A DNA stretch of 64,000 bases from Camelus dromedarius (Eukaryota). Positions 1 through 11,500 of the stretch are shown here, one piece after another. The notes under the pieces are model-generated. The model had not been told where the DNA came from, made no database searches, and saw only the letters and a program-made list of their open reading frames with translations. The number at the start of each line of letters is the position of its first letter. The first letter of the stretch is position 1. The DNA lies in NCBI RefSeq assembly GCF_036321535.1, contig NC_087437.1, positions 66,156,001 through 66,220,000 on the forward strand, written 5' to 3'. The translations under genes and the position numbers were made by a program.

Positions 1-1394
1 TTTTTGTAGTGTCTTTGCCTGGTTTTGGTAACAGGCTGATGGTGGCTTTATAGAATGAGTTTGGGAGTATTCCCTCCTTTTCAATCTTCTGGAAGAGTTT
101 AAGAAGGACTAGTATGAGTTCTTCTTTGTATGTTTGGTAGAATTCCATGGTGAAGCCGTCCAGTCCTGGACTTTTATTTGTAGGGAGGTTTTTTATTGCT
201 ATTTCGATTTCATTTCTAGTGATCGGTTTGTTCAAGTGGTCAGTTTCTTCTTGATTCAGTCTTGGTGGACTGTATGTTTCCAGAAACTTGTCCATCTTCT
301 GTAGGTTATCCAGTTTGGTTCCATATAGTTTTTCATAATATTCTTGTTTGATATTCTGTATTTCTATTTTATTTGTTGTAATTTCTCCATTTTCCTTTCT
401 TATTTTGCTAATTTGTGCTCTCTCTTTTTTCTTTGTGAGTTTGGCCAGAGGTTTGTCGATATTATTTACTTTTTCAAAAAACCAGCTTTTGGTTTGATTG
501 ATTTTTTTCTATGGTGTTTTTAATCTCTGTTTTATTTATTTCCTCCCTGATCTTTATAATTTCCTTCCTTCTGCTGCCTTTTGGGGTTTTTTTGTTCTTC
601 TTTTTAAAGTTCTTTCAGCTCATGGGTTAAATTGTTTATTTGAGATTGTTCTTCTTTTTTGAGGAAGGCCTGTATCGCTATAAACTTCCCTCTTAGCATT
701 GCCTTTGCTGTATCCCATAGATTTTGTGTGGTTGTGCTTTCATTTTCATTTGTCTCAAGGTATTTTTTAATTTCAGCTTTGATTTCCTCAGTGACCCATT
801 GGTTTTTTTTAATAGCATATTTTTTAATCTCCATGCTTTCCTTTTTTTCTCCTTTGTTTCTCTGTTGTTGATTTCTAGTTTCATGGCATTGTGGTCAGTA
901 AAGATGCTTGAGATAATTTCTATCTTCTTAAAATTGTTGAGGTTTCTTTTGTGCCCTAGTACACGATCAATCCTAGAAAATGTTCCATGTGCACTTGAAA
1001 AGAATATATATCCTATTTTTGGGGGGTATAATGCTCTGAAAATATCCACCAAATCTAATTTTTCTATTGTATTATTTAATTTCTCTGTTGCTTTATTTAT
1101 TTTCTGTCTGGAAGATCTGTCTAGTGATGTTAATGTGGTGTTAAAATCTCCAACAATGATTGTATTCCCATCAATATCCCCCTTTATCTCTGTTAGTAAT
1201 TGTTTTATGTACTTAGGTGCTCCTATATTGGGTGCATATATATTAACGAGTGTGATATCCTCATCTCGTATCACTCCTTTAATCATTATAAAATGTCCTT
1301 CTTATCTTTCTTTATGGCCTTTGTTTTAAAGTCTATTTTGTCTGAAATCAGTACTGCTACACCTGCTTTTTTGGCTTTTCCATTTGCATGGAAT
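1..1394 (-). mobile_element. Relatively young L1 fragment, ORF2 endonuclease region, 5'-truncated at ~1394, continuing out of the window
   Basis: ORF 693..1286(-) has the APE-endonuclease motifs NIYAPN, IVGDFN, FSRID and TDHN. ORF 604..834(-) continues ORF2 after a frameshift. Confidence 0.95.
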
Positions 1395-2225
1395 AGGTTT
1401 TATTTTTTGCTTCTTTACTTGCCTGGTAATTTTTTTATTGGATGATGGACATTTTGGATTTTATGTTCTTGAATGCTGGATTTTGTTATATTCCTTTAAA
1501 GAACATTGGGTTTTGTCCTGGAATGCAATTGAGTTTTTTGAGACTAATTTGATCCTTTTAAGCCTTACTTTTAAGTGTTATTAGAGAAGGTCTGGAGTAA
1601 TTTCTAGTCTAGGGTTAATTTAGTTCCATTTTTTTCTGAGGATTCTATCCAATGTCCTATATATTATGAGGTCTCTCCACTCTGGCTGATGGGAACACAT
1701 TTACAGCCCTGTATGAACTCCAGAAATTGTTTAGCTACTGCCTACCTGTGGTTCTTTCTTTCACTTCAAGTAGTTTTTCTCACTCATGCCTAGATTAATA
1801 CTTAGAAAAAGACTAAGAGGATCCCCTGCAAATTTCCAAAGCACTCTCTCTCTTTGCTCTCCCTCTTCTTTATTACTCTGCTTCACAAATTCTGTTTGCC
1901 TTGATGTTCTTAAATCTAGTCTATTCTCCTTACCTTAGCAAGATTTCTAGGTTCTCTTTGGGTTTTCCTCCTTGTACTATGGCCTGGAAACTTTTCAGGC
2001 AGTAACTTGGGATGAATTATAGTCATTGAAAGAATATTTATTTATATTTCATTTATATTTCATTATATATATATATAATTGTAGGTTCACCTCATTTGCT
2101 TTCCAAAGTCCTGAACTATCTATTATCCAGTGTCTGAAAAGAGTTGTTTCAGATATTTTGCCTGATTTTCAAGTTGTTTACAGCAGGAAGCCAATTCCAA
2201 AAGTAGTTTAATTCTTCATGAACAG
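1395..2225 (-). mobile_element. Old L1M-type 5'/ORF1-region fragment
   Basis: T-rich degenerate sequence resembling old L1 5' regions on the minus strand. Recognised by eye. Confidence 0.5.
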
Positions 2226-2325
2226 AAGCAGAAGTTATACCAACTGAGAAACAACTTTTTAGAGGACAGTAATTGCAGGACTAGGTTTTCAACAATCAGA
2301 ACTAATTTGTAGAAGAATAGGATAA

Positions 2326-2455
2326 GGGGGAGGGTATAGCTCATGTGGTAGAGCACATGCTTAGCATGCATGAGATCCCGTGTTCAATCCCCAGTACCTC
2401 CTCCAAAAATAAATATGTAAATAAACCTAATTACCTCCCCACCATCAAAAAAAAG
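2326..2455 (+). mobile_element. tRNA-Ala-derived SINE (Vic-1-like, camelid)
   Basis: Head GGGGGAGGGTATAGCTCATGTGGTAGAGC..CTTAGCATG..GTTCAATCCCCAGTACCTCC with A/B-box-like motifs and an AGC anticodon-like loop. Followed by taaataaacctaattacctcccc and an A/GA-rich tail. Confidence 0.9.
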
Positions 2456-3049
2456 AAGAAGAAGGAGAAGGGGAAGGGGAAGGAGAAGGAAGCCCCACAA
2501 TGTCTGACCGTGTGTGTGCTACTATCTTGTGGACTAGACGTTTGCCTCTATAGGCTGTGTGTGGGAGAGGGAAGGGAGGTTGCTCTTGGAGGAGACTGGC
2601 AGATGTTTCTCCTTGTGCCTTGGATTCTGTATCTATCTTATGGTCAGATGCCTCACCATTACCCGCTGTGCACACTACTTCCCACCCACTTTCCCAGTCA
2701 CTCAACACTGTTTTTGAAATCATTCAACTCTCTCCTCTCAATGACTAAGCCATTCCTTGTTTCACCAGCTCCTTATGTGTGAATCTCTGTGAATATCTGC
2801 CCCATGGGGGAGCCTAGTATCAGTTTATAAAATTCCTACACTAGATATCCTTGGACCAAAGTGGGGCATAACACTCAAAGTTCCATACCAGTGAGTTCAC
2901 TCTGTCCAAGGGTCCTTTGGAATGTACTCAGAAATTTATCCCCCAGAAATTGATGTTCAGATGGACAATCCATCATGTTCACAAAATTTCCCAAAGATGA
3001 TTTGGGCTTAAGGTTGTTAGCCCTTCTAGGATCCATAGTGTTGACCACT

Positions 3050-3268
3050 ATGCTGGATTTCTCTACCTTAGTATTATTGACATTTGGGGCTGGGTAAGTC
3101 TTTGTTGTTTGGACCATCCTATGAATTGTAGGATGTTTAACAGCATCCCTGGCCTCTACCAACTAGACGTCAGTATCACCCTTCTCTCAGTTTTGACAAT
3201 CATAGTGTCTCCAGACATTGCCAAATGTCCCCTGGAGGTACATTATTGCCCCAGTTGAGAAGTACTGG
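3050..3268. mobile_element. MER20-like hAT DNA transposon fossil
   Basis: Contains the characteristic gacatttggggctgg, tgtaggatgtttaacagcatccctggcctctacc and ctccagacattgccaaatgtcccctgg segments. Confidence 0.8.
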
Positions 3269-3429
3269 TATGCACACACTATTGTGTGTCATACTCCAGG
3301 GAACTCATAGATGTGAAGCTCTGGGAACTAAACATGAAGAAACCTAACAGGCCATTTGATGTCTTCCTGGGAGTGGTCAGTCCAGAGTGTCTGCCCCATG
3401 TAGGGTGTGTACTAGAAGGACATTGACCT

Positions 3430-3570
3430 TGCAGTGTAAACCCCTGGATTCGAGTCCTCCTCTGAAAATTTGGAGCAGGTTTCTTCACTTCTCTGCTCTT
3501 CAGTTTCCTTATGTGAAAATGAGGAATGGTCTTGTTTACCTCACAGACACTATTGTGAGAACAAAAAGAG
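3430..3570 (+). mobile_element. MIR fragment
   Basis: MIR core-like cttcacttctctg..cttcagtttcctt..tgtgaaaatgagga. Confidence 0.55.
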
Positions 3571-5086
3571 GTTTTATACACACATACACACACATCTATA
3601 TGATGTAAGGATATACAAACAGGGACTTAACAATGATTTAAATATCAGTGTAATTATTTGCCAGTATGATTAATATAGGAAAAACATATCTTTCAATCTA
3701 TCATACAGGATAGTCCTCCCTGTGGCTTGCAGTATTGTTCTGCGCTACAAGGCACAATCGGGAATGTCTAACTTTTAAAAAAGGAAAAAAAAATTGTCTT
3801 TTCAGCAATTAAAATTTCAACTAAACTAGGATGCAGATCGTCATGTTTTCATATTTATTTAATTTTGCATTCAGTAATCTGATCAGACTGCACAAGAATT
3901 TAAATGTCTTGACAGGAGATAGTGGCTTTTAGTTCTCTTGAGATTTCATTGTAATGAGCCTGGTAAATAATTCAGGAAGATATGAGAGGCCAATATATGG
4001 GCAGCACCTGGTGCTGTATTGTTCATGTCTAAGTGTGCAGAATCCAAAGAGGGCATTCTACACCTGCCACTATTGTTCTGGCTTAAACACAAGTCCTATA
4101 TTCAGTGGCTATTGAAATAATAATAATTGATTTTTTTTTCTCTTCCAATTTTCCTCCACAATAAAAGAAAACTGTGCTAAGCTGTTTCAGAAACACAAAG
4201 CAGAAGCGGCATCCTCTTTTAAACTCCCCCTGATAAAATTTCAAATCTGTTTCTCTGTTAAGGGGTAGATTGCTTTGAAGAATTAGGGACATGTCTGCCT
4301 TTTCCGTCAGAGCTAATTTGAGCCTTTCTGCATTTCTACTTTTGTTCTGCAAGGTAGAGCTTCTTTTTAGATCACAGTATTCACATTGCAGTCATCTTCT
4401 GAGAGAAGTAACACCATGCTCTGGCCACTCACTCACTCTGTGGGACTCCCTAGAACCCTCAGTTTCTACCTCAGTAGCCTATCCCACTTCTGGCAGTCTA
4501 ACAGTTTAAAAACAAACGCAAAACACTCCTGGCAAATTGTTCTATGGAGTCTTTTGTGACCCCAGCTGACTGGACATAGAATGCTCCTCCATTCACTGAG
4601 CGAACAAGAGCTCTCGGGACCAACCAACAGACAATGCACGTGGACAGCATGGGGCACCTGGGCCCCCCACCACCCAGAATCAGATAGAGCTTAAGCCCTG
4701 AGTTGCATGGAAAGATCTTGGGAAGGCAGGGGGTTCCTAGTAGGGAAAAAAGGAAGATGTGCCTCATACATCTTAAGTTTTTATAGTACTGAGTCATAAA
4801 AAGGATCTGAAGAGGGACTGTAGAGCTTTATATCTATAGTTTGTTAGATGTGCTTTGGTTTTGTTTTTAAAGTATTGTTTATTGAAGAGGTTTTAGAATA
4901 TGTTTATTTCAACCTATACTATATTTTAAAACTGTTATAAAGTATACAACCATATATAATAAAACTATAACTGTACAGTTAAAATGTATAAAAGGTTTTT
5001 AAACCTCTGTAATAAACCATTTACGCATTTATGTATGTTTGTGTTTATTTGTATGTGTTATATACATAACATTTGTTTGTTAACAG

Positions 5087-5462
5087 GTTTAATTGCTTTC
5101 CTCTCCTTCTGGACCCGTGTGAGAGTACTTGGAGCAGTGACTGCCATCTGGTGGCAAGCCAGCATCATCGCTTGGTACAACCTAATGGTGACTAAGATGC
5201 CCACTCTTAGTGGTATGCACTGGCAGCAGGGGACCAGGAGAGCCTGGAGGGTGTCTGATGAAGGAGCCTAGTGAAATAGGCTATTGCTTCCACCTGAATG
5301 AGTTGTTCATCCCAGATTTTGAGCCTGGAGCCAGCTCCAAAATGGCACCTCTGAAGAAAAGATTTGGATTGCTCTTGTGTTTTCGTCAAAGATCTGCTGG
5401 TTACCTACCAGCGGGTAACCAAGACTGTGAATAAGCACATATCAAGAGGGGCATGTGATGAC
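5087..5462 (+). other. GPR156: Putative 5'UTR portion of the first coding exon of GPR156
   Basis: Acceptor-like tttgtttgttaacag ends at 5086, where AT-rich intronic sequence shifts to exon-like composition. The boundary is inferred; another AG near 5123 is also possible. Confidence 0.55.
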
Positions 5463-5558
5463 ATGGAGCCTGAAATAAACTGCTCTGAATTGTGTGATGG
5501 TTTTCCTGGTCAGGAGCTGGATCGGAGACCCCTTCATGATCTCTGCAGGACAACAATT
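5463..5558 (+). CDS. GPR156: GPR156 first coding exon (MEPEINCSELCDGFPGQELDRRPLHDLCRTTI)
   Basis: ATG at 5463 in strong Kozak context (gacATGg). The 32 codons match the GPR156 N-terminus as I recall it. Donor ATT|GTAAGT at 5558/5559, phase 0. Confidence 0.96.
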
Positions 5559-5757
5559 GTAAGTGAGCAGCTGTCAGGGCTGCACAGATACACATGTTGT
5601 TGTTATTATGATGGTGGTAGTGGCAGGGGGAGGAGGACAAGGAGGAAATGCTTCTGCAGGACATGTGTGTCCCAGCTCTGGAGATCCTGGGGGCAGTTCA
5701 TGTTTGATCTGTTGAACAGCCTTCATTCCTGACAGCTTCTCTTCATTCTGTTCTCAG

Positions 5758-5894
5758 ACCTCTTCCCACCACAGCAGTAAGACCGTTTCTTCATTATCTC
5801 CTGCCCTCTTGGGTGTTGTTTGGACTTTCCTCAGCTGTGGACTTGTTTTGATAGCTTTCTTTCTGGGCTTCACAGTTCGCTGCAGGAAGAACAG
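5758..5894 (+). CDS. GPR156: GPR156 coding exon 2 (TSSHHSSKTVSSLSPALLGVVWTFLSCGLVLIAFFLGFTVRCRKN-R), TM1
   Basis: Acceptor ttctgttctcag|ACC, 137 nt, hydrophobic TM1, donor AG|GTAAGC (phase 2). Confidence 0.96.
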
Positions 5895-6889
5895 GTAAGC
5901 AGCCCCATGCCTAGTTTCTCATCCTCCATAGTCTGAAACATGAATCCCAGAGTGTTAGTATCATGTTGGCTCCCTGAGCTGCTAGCTGGTATCAGCCAAG
6001 CCTGGGTCCTACCGTGGCATGAAGCTGTGTGAGAAGCCCCCCTGAAGCAGTGCTGGCCTTGCGGTACAGTGCCCTCTTGTGAAGAAGGAAGGCCTGGCCC
6101 AGGACTGTGCTAACTGCTGCAAGGATATCCAAAGAACGAAGTGAAGCGTCTCTCCTCATAAAGGAGGGTACAGTCCTTCTGAGAAGATGAGGTATTTGTA
6201 TTTAAAACAGAGAGCATGTAAAGAAATATTCCAAAGCAACATGAAAGTTTATGGTGGCACAGTTGGAGCCAGTCTGGGTAGGCTAAGTTTTCTGCAAAAA
6301 TAGTGCAGCCCCACTACCTGACTGTCCTGCTAGACAATTCTGACTGGTTGGAAAGTTACCGGCTCACCCAGGTATGTACCTGTGGCGCCCAGGACCAACA
6401 AAAGAAACACAGTGATGACCTTTTCTGAAGGGACTTGCAGAATCTTACCTTCACTACTATTCGAGCCTTCCCTCGGGGCCCACCCGTCTCTCCTACTCCC
6501 ACACTTGTGAACCGTCATCCTGCCTCAGCTATCCCAGGCTGCCTCCTGAGAAGCCCTACTCCAGACTTCTCCCCCTGGCCCACAGGTGACTTCTGGATAG
6601 ACCGTACACCAGACTTCAACCGCTCCCTCAGAGATGCCAAACTTGTCTGGCCCCACACCATTCCAGCACTGTGGTGATCAAGTGTGTTGTGCTCCATTGT
6701 CTGGGTTCAGCACTCAGACGAGGGTCAGTCAGTCAGATCTGTCTAGCAGGCATTTTGGGATGCCACTGGCCATTTGAGGCATGGAGGACATGGGATTGTT
6801 AAACAGCAGTGACTTGATCTGCTGGGTCAACCTCAGCATGGCAGTGAGGTGTTACACTCAGTGTATACTCAGTGAGGCATTGAGTATAC

Positions 6890-7350
6890 CCTGAGCTTCC
6901 CTGGACACTTTTCATTCTGTTCCTCAAATACACTAAGCCTGCTCCCAACTTAAAGCCTTTGACTTCCTGTCCCTTTCCTGTTCCCACTGCTTGACAATCT
7001 TCTCCAGATCTTCCCATGCCTAGTTTCTTCTCCTCTTACGGTCTTGGCTCAAATGTCATGTCTTCAGAGGAGACTTCCCTGATCATTTTATCTAAGACAG
7101 CGTCTCCACCTAATGGCCACCCAGCCCCTGCATCTCATTCCATATCCCAGCACCCTGTTTTATTTTGTTCATAGTAAGTGTAACTCTCTGATGTTACCAT
7201 GCTTATTGATTTATAGGTTTATTGTCTGTATCTCCCACCAGAATGTAGAGTCTAGGAACACAGCAACCCTGTCTATCATGCTTACCACTGTCTCCAGCAT
7301 TTAGAACACACTGGAAAATGGTAGGTGCTCAGTAAATATGTTTTCAGTGA
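6890..7350 (+). mobile_element. L2 3' end
   Basis: ctcaaatgtca..cttcagaggagacttccctga and the terminal gtaggtgctcagtaaatatg typical of L2. Confidence 0.75.
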
Positions 7351-7439
7351 TCCTGGGAGGAAAGAGATTTAAATCCCAACAGTAGCTGCTGCCAAGAAAA
7401 TGACTAGAAAAATCACACCTTTCAAAGTTAGAAAACTAT

Positions 7440-8094
7440 GGAATACAATCTTTGCAGCTGAAACACATGTCTATAATACAAATTAGTACCCAGTTGGCAA
7501 ATAAGAAAACAATATCATTGGTCCATATATAATTTCCTCCCAGCAAATCAATGGTTTAAAACATTCAAGGCTAAGCTTTCTCACAGTTGAGATAAGAATA
7601 CTGTGGCAGTGCAAGCAGCAGCTGCTTTAATGGCTTCAAGAACTGGTATCCTACCTTCACCATGAAGCTGTCTGATGAAGCTGCAGGAGTAGATGAAGAA
7701 GCAGAGAAGACATTTCCCTTGTGTTTAAAAATGATTGTTGAAGAAAACACAGACCCAGAGCAGATTTGGGTGACAGCGTTATCTATTGGAGGTAAATGCC
7801 CTTGAGGACCTACATCTCTCAGATTTAAGGCTGTAAAAATCAGCTGTGATCCTATATACAAGGGAAAGTGGACATTTACCAAGTGCTAGTATTTTGATTG
7901 AGATAATTACTATTTTTATTAGTATTCTGGTTACAAAGTTAAATGTGTTTCAAATGTTATGGCTTCAAACTATTTTTCCCATAACATTATTTTTATACAC
8001 AATTTTGTAGAAAGCAAGGTTTTTAAAGCATTGATATATAGATATTGTTAAAATAGGAACACTTATAAACAGTGTTATGGTAGAAGCACCTGTA
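7440..8094 (+). mobile_element. TcMar-Tigger DNA transposon fossil with a transposase remnant
   Basis: 7611-7766 translates ASSSCFNGFKNWYPTFTMKLSDEAAGVDEEAEKTFPLCLKMIVEENTDPEQI, similar to the pogo/Tigger pattern AS.GWF..FK...K..GEAASAD.EAA..P..L..II.E....QI. Boundaries are approximate. Confidence 0.7.
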
Positions 8095-8504
8095 TTTCTT
8101 TCATTCTATTAAAGATTTTGTTGCCTGTCTTGCTCGCAGCGGGAGCATGACTTGGCATAAAGAATAAAATATTAAGAGGCACTGTGAATAAAAACACATT
8201 TTGCAATTAAGTAGCTTACAAGGTCAGACAAGGAAAGATAAAATAACCCAGTTTCAAAAGTGCTTTCCAAAATAATAAAATTTGTTCAGAGGTACAGCAT
8301 CACAATTAGATGCTTCATTTCATTCTAGTTCTGTGGTCTCTAAACTTGTGACTGTGACTCTGCATGTGTGTGTGCATGTATGGGTGCACATATGCACATG
8401 TGTGTGCCAGGGTAAAAAAAATATTTTAAAAAATAAAAATAATATAGTAATGTTCAAGTTCAGTCACAGATACTGCATTTTTATAACATTTTAAAATGTA
8501 GTCT

Positions 8505-11500
8505 ACAAGAGAAAATCAGTAAAGAAATAGAAGATCTTGAACAACACCATCAACCAACTTGACCTAATCGACTTTCATATAATCCTACACCCAACAACAG
8601 CACAATCACATTCTTTTCAAGTACACATGGAACATTTACCAAGACAGATCATATTCTGGACCATAGGAAAGGTCTTCTTAAATTTAAAAGGATTCAAATC
8701 ATACAGAGTATGTTCTCTATCACAGTGGAACTGAATTAGAAATCTGTAACAGAGAGGTCTCTGGAAAATTCTGAAATACTTGAAAACTAAGAAGAACACT
8801 TTAAAATAACCCATGATCAAAGAAGAAATCAAAAGGAAAACAAGTATTTTCAACTGAATGAAAATGAAAACACACCATATCAAAATTTGTTGGATACCAT
8901 TAAAGCAGTACTTCAAGGGAAATTAGAGCACCAAACTCCATATTATAAAGAATAAAGATCCCACTTTACAAAACAGAAAACAAAAACCAAATGAATCCCA
9001 AAATAAACAGAAGAAAGGAATAATAAATATCAGAATGAAAACTGATAAAATGGAAAACAGACAACAGTGAAATTAAAAGCTCTTTATGAAGATCATTAAG
9101 AATGACCAACTTTTGGCTGAAGTGATGAGGAAAGAAGGAGAGAATAAATAATTACCTAAATAAGGAAGGGAGAGGTATTATCATTAAAGATTCTGTAAAC
9201 ATTAGAAGGACAATAAGGTAATGTCATGAAAAGCTACAGTAAGTAGTCTCTAAGATGTCCAATAAGTCCTTTCTCTTCATAGTCACACTCTTGTTAAATT
9301 CCTTTGTCTTGAGTATGAGCTGGACTTACTGACTTGCTTATTAATCACTTCTGGGATAAGGTTACAAAAAGACTATGGCTTCCACCTTGGATCTCTCTCA
9401 CTTTTTCTGAGGGAAGCCACCGTCCATGTTGTAAGCTGCCCCGTAAAGAGGCCCACATGGCGGAGAACTGGTATTTCCAGTCTGTAGCCATGAAGGGCCT
9501 GAGACTTACTAATAGCCACATCTGTGAGCTTGAAAATAGAACTTCTGAGGCCTGCTAACAGCAGTGTGAATAAGATTGGAAGTAGATTTCTGCCCACTTG
9601 AGCCTTGGATGACTGCAGCCATGATTGATCCCCTTGACTGCATACTTGTGAGAGACCTTGACCCAGAGACACCCTCCTAGGCTGTTCCTGTATTGTTGTA
9701 GAAATGTTACCAGTTCTACACAGGATCTTCTGAAAAACTGAAAATAGGGAAGCATTTCCTAACTCATTCTAATGAGGACAGCATTACCTTGATATCAAAA
9801 TCTAACAAAGACATTACAGGAGAAAAAAAGCTATAAGTTCATGAACATAGATTCAAAATTCTAAACAAAATTTTAACAAATCTAGTACAACCAGATATCA
9901 AAAGGATAATGCATCATGACAACGTAAGACTTATTCTAGGAATGCAAAGTTGGTTTAACAGCCAAAGGTCAATCAATATAATCTACCATATTTACCAACT
10001 AAGAAGGAAAACCAAATGGCCATCTTAATAGCATTTGACAAGATTCAACATCCATTCCTGATCCAGACTCAACAAAGTAGAAATAGAAAAGAACTTCCTC
10101 AACTTAATGAAATGCATCTACAAAAAACCTATAGCTAACACCATTTTTAATGGTAAAAGACTGAATGCTTTCCCATAATGATTAGAAACAAGATTTCAGT
10201 TCTCACTACTTCTATTCAACAGTAAAGGTTTTAGCCAGTACAAAAAGAAATAAAAGCCACCTAGTTTAAATAGGAAGAACTAAAATGGCTTACCTTAAGG
10301 TGAGCTGATCATCTATGTAGAAAATTCAATGAATCTGTTTTTTTTTAATGATTAAAACTAATCAATGAGTTTAGCAAATTACAGGATATAAAATCAATGT
10401 ACAAAACTCATATATTTTTATATAGTAAAAACAGACAATTGAAAAGTGAAATCAAAAGCAGTAACATTTACAGTATCATTAAAAATGCGAAATATTTAGG
10501 GATAAATCCTACAAACAATGTGAAATACTTGTGCACTGAAAACTACAAAAAGCATTGCTGAGAAAAATTAAAGAAATAAATTAAAGAGATAGTGTGTTCA
10601 TGGTTTGGAAGACTCAAAATTGTTAAGTCTTCCCTAATAGACTAACCCCAATCACAGTCACAATTCCAGCTGGCCACTTTTTGTTTTGTTTTGCTTTTTT
10701 ATAAATTGACAAGCTGGTTGTACAATTCGTACAGAAGTATGAAGGACCTAGAAGAGCCAAAACAACTTTAATAAAGAATAAAGTTGGAGGACTAGGACCA
10801 CCCAATTTTAAGACATTACAAAGCTATAGTAATTAAGACAGTTCAGTATTGGGTAAAGAAAAGCATATATATCAACAGAACAGAATAAAATCCAGGAATA
10901 AACCTATGCATATATAGAGAACTGCTTTTCAATAAAGGTGCAAAAGCAGTTCAGTGGAGAAGGGACAGTGAGTCTTTTCAACACATAGTGTTGAAGCAAT
11001 TGGGTATCCATATGCAAAAATGAGCTTTGATCTACATTTTGCACTATATTCAGAAATTACCTCAAAATGGATCATAGCCCTACCTGTAAAATCTAACACT
11101 GTAAAACTTCTCAAAGAAAGATTTATTAGATACAACAATAAAAGCACAATCCATAAAAGAAAACACTGATAAATTGGACTTCATTAAACTTAAAAACATT
11201 TTATTCTAAAGAGAATCTTAAGAAAATAAAAAGAAAGCCATAGACTGGAAGGAAATATCTGCAAGTCATGTATCTGATAAAGAACTTGTATCCAGAATAT
11301 ATAAATAACACTAAAATTTGATAATAAGAAACAATCCAACAAAAAACGAATGAAAGATTTGAACAGACACTTCACCAAAGAAGATATATGGATGGCAAAT
11401 AAACATGTGAAAAGATGTTTAACACTGTTAGTCATTAGGGAAATGCAAATTAAAACCACAATGAAATACTACTATACACCTATGGTTAGAATTTTAAAAG

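Noticed and set aside
693..1329. 197-aa (-) and 201-aa (+) ORFs as host genes
   Set aside because: The minus-strand ORF is L1 ORF2 endonuclease and the plus-strand ORF is its antisense shadow.
2326..2402. tRNA-Ala(AGC) gene (also at ~22030-22100, ~48045-48118, ~59215-59286)
   Set aside because: The heads are mutated and followed by SINE tails or poly(A), and three of the four have TSDs. These are SINEs, not functional tRNA genes.
5364..5732. 122-aa ORF as a single-exon protein or N-terminally extended GPR156
   Set aside because: It starts at a TTG and reads through the GTAAGT donor into the 199-nt intron. Only 5463-5558 is supported as coding.
6383..6397. TGGCGCCC resembling a tRNA-Lys primer-binding site
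   Set aside because: Only 8 nt match, and there is no adjacent LTR end or gag/pol sequence.
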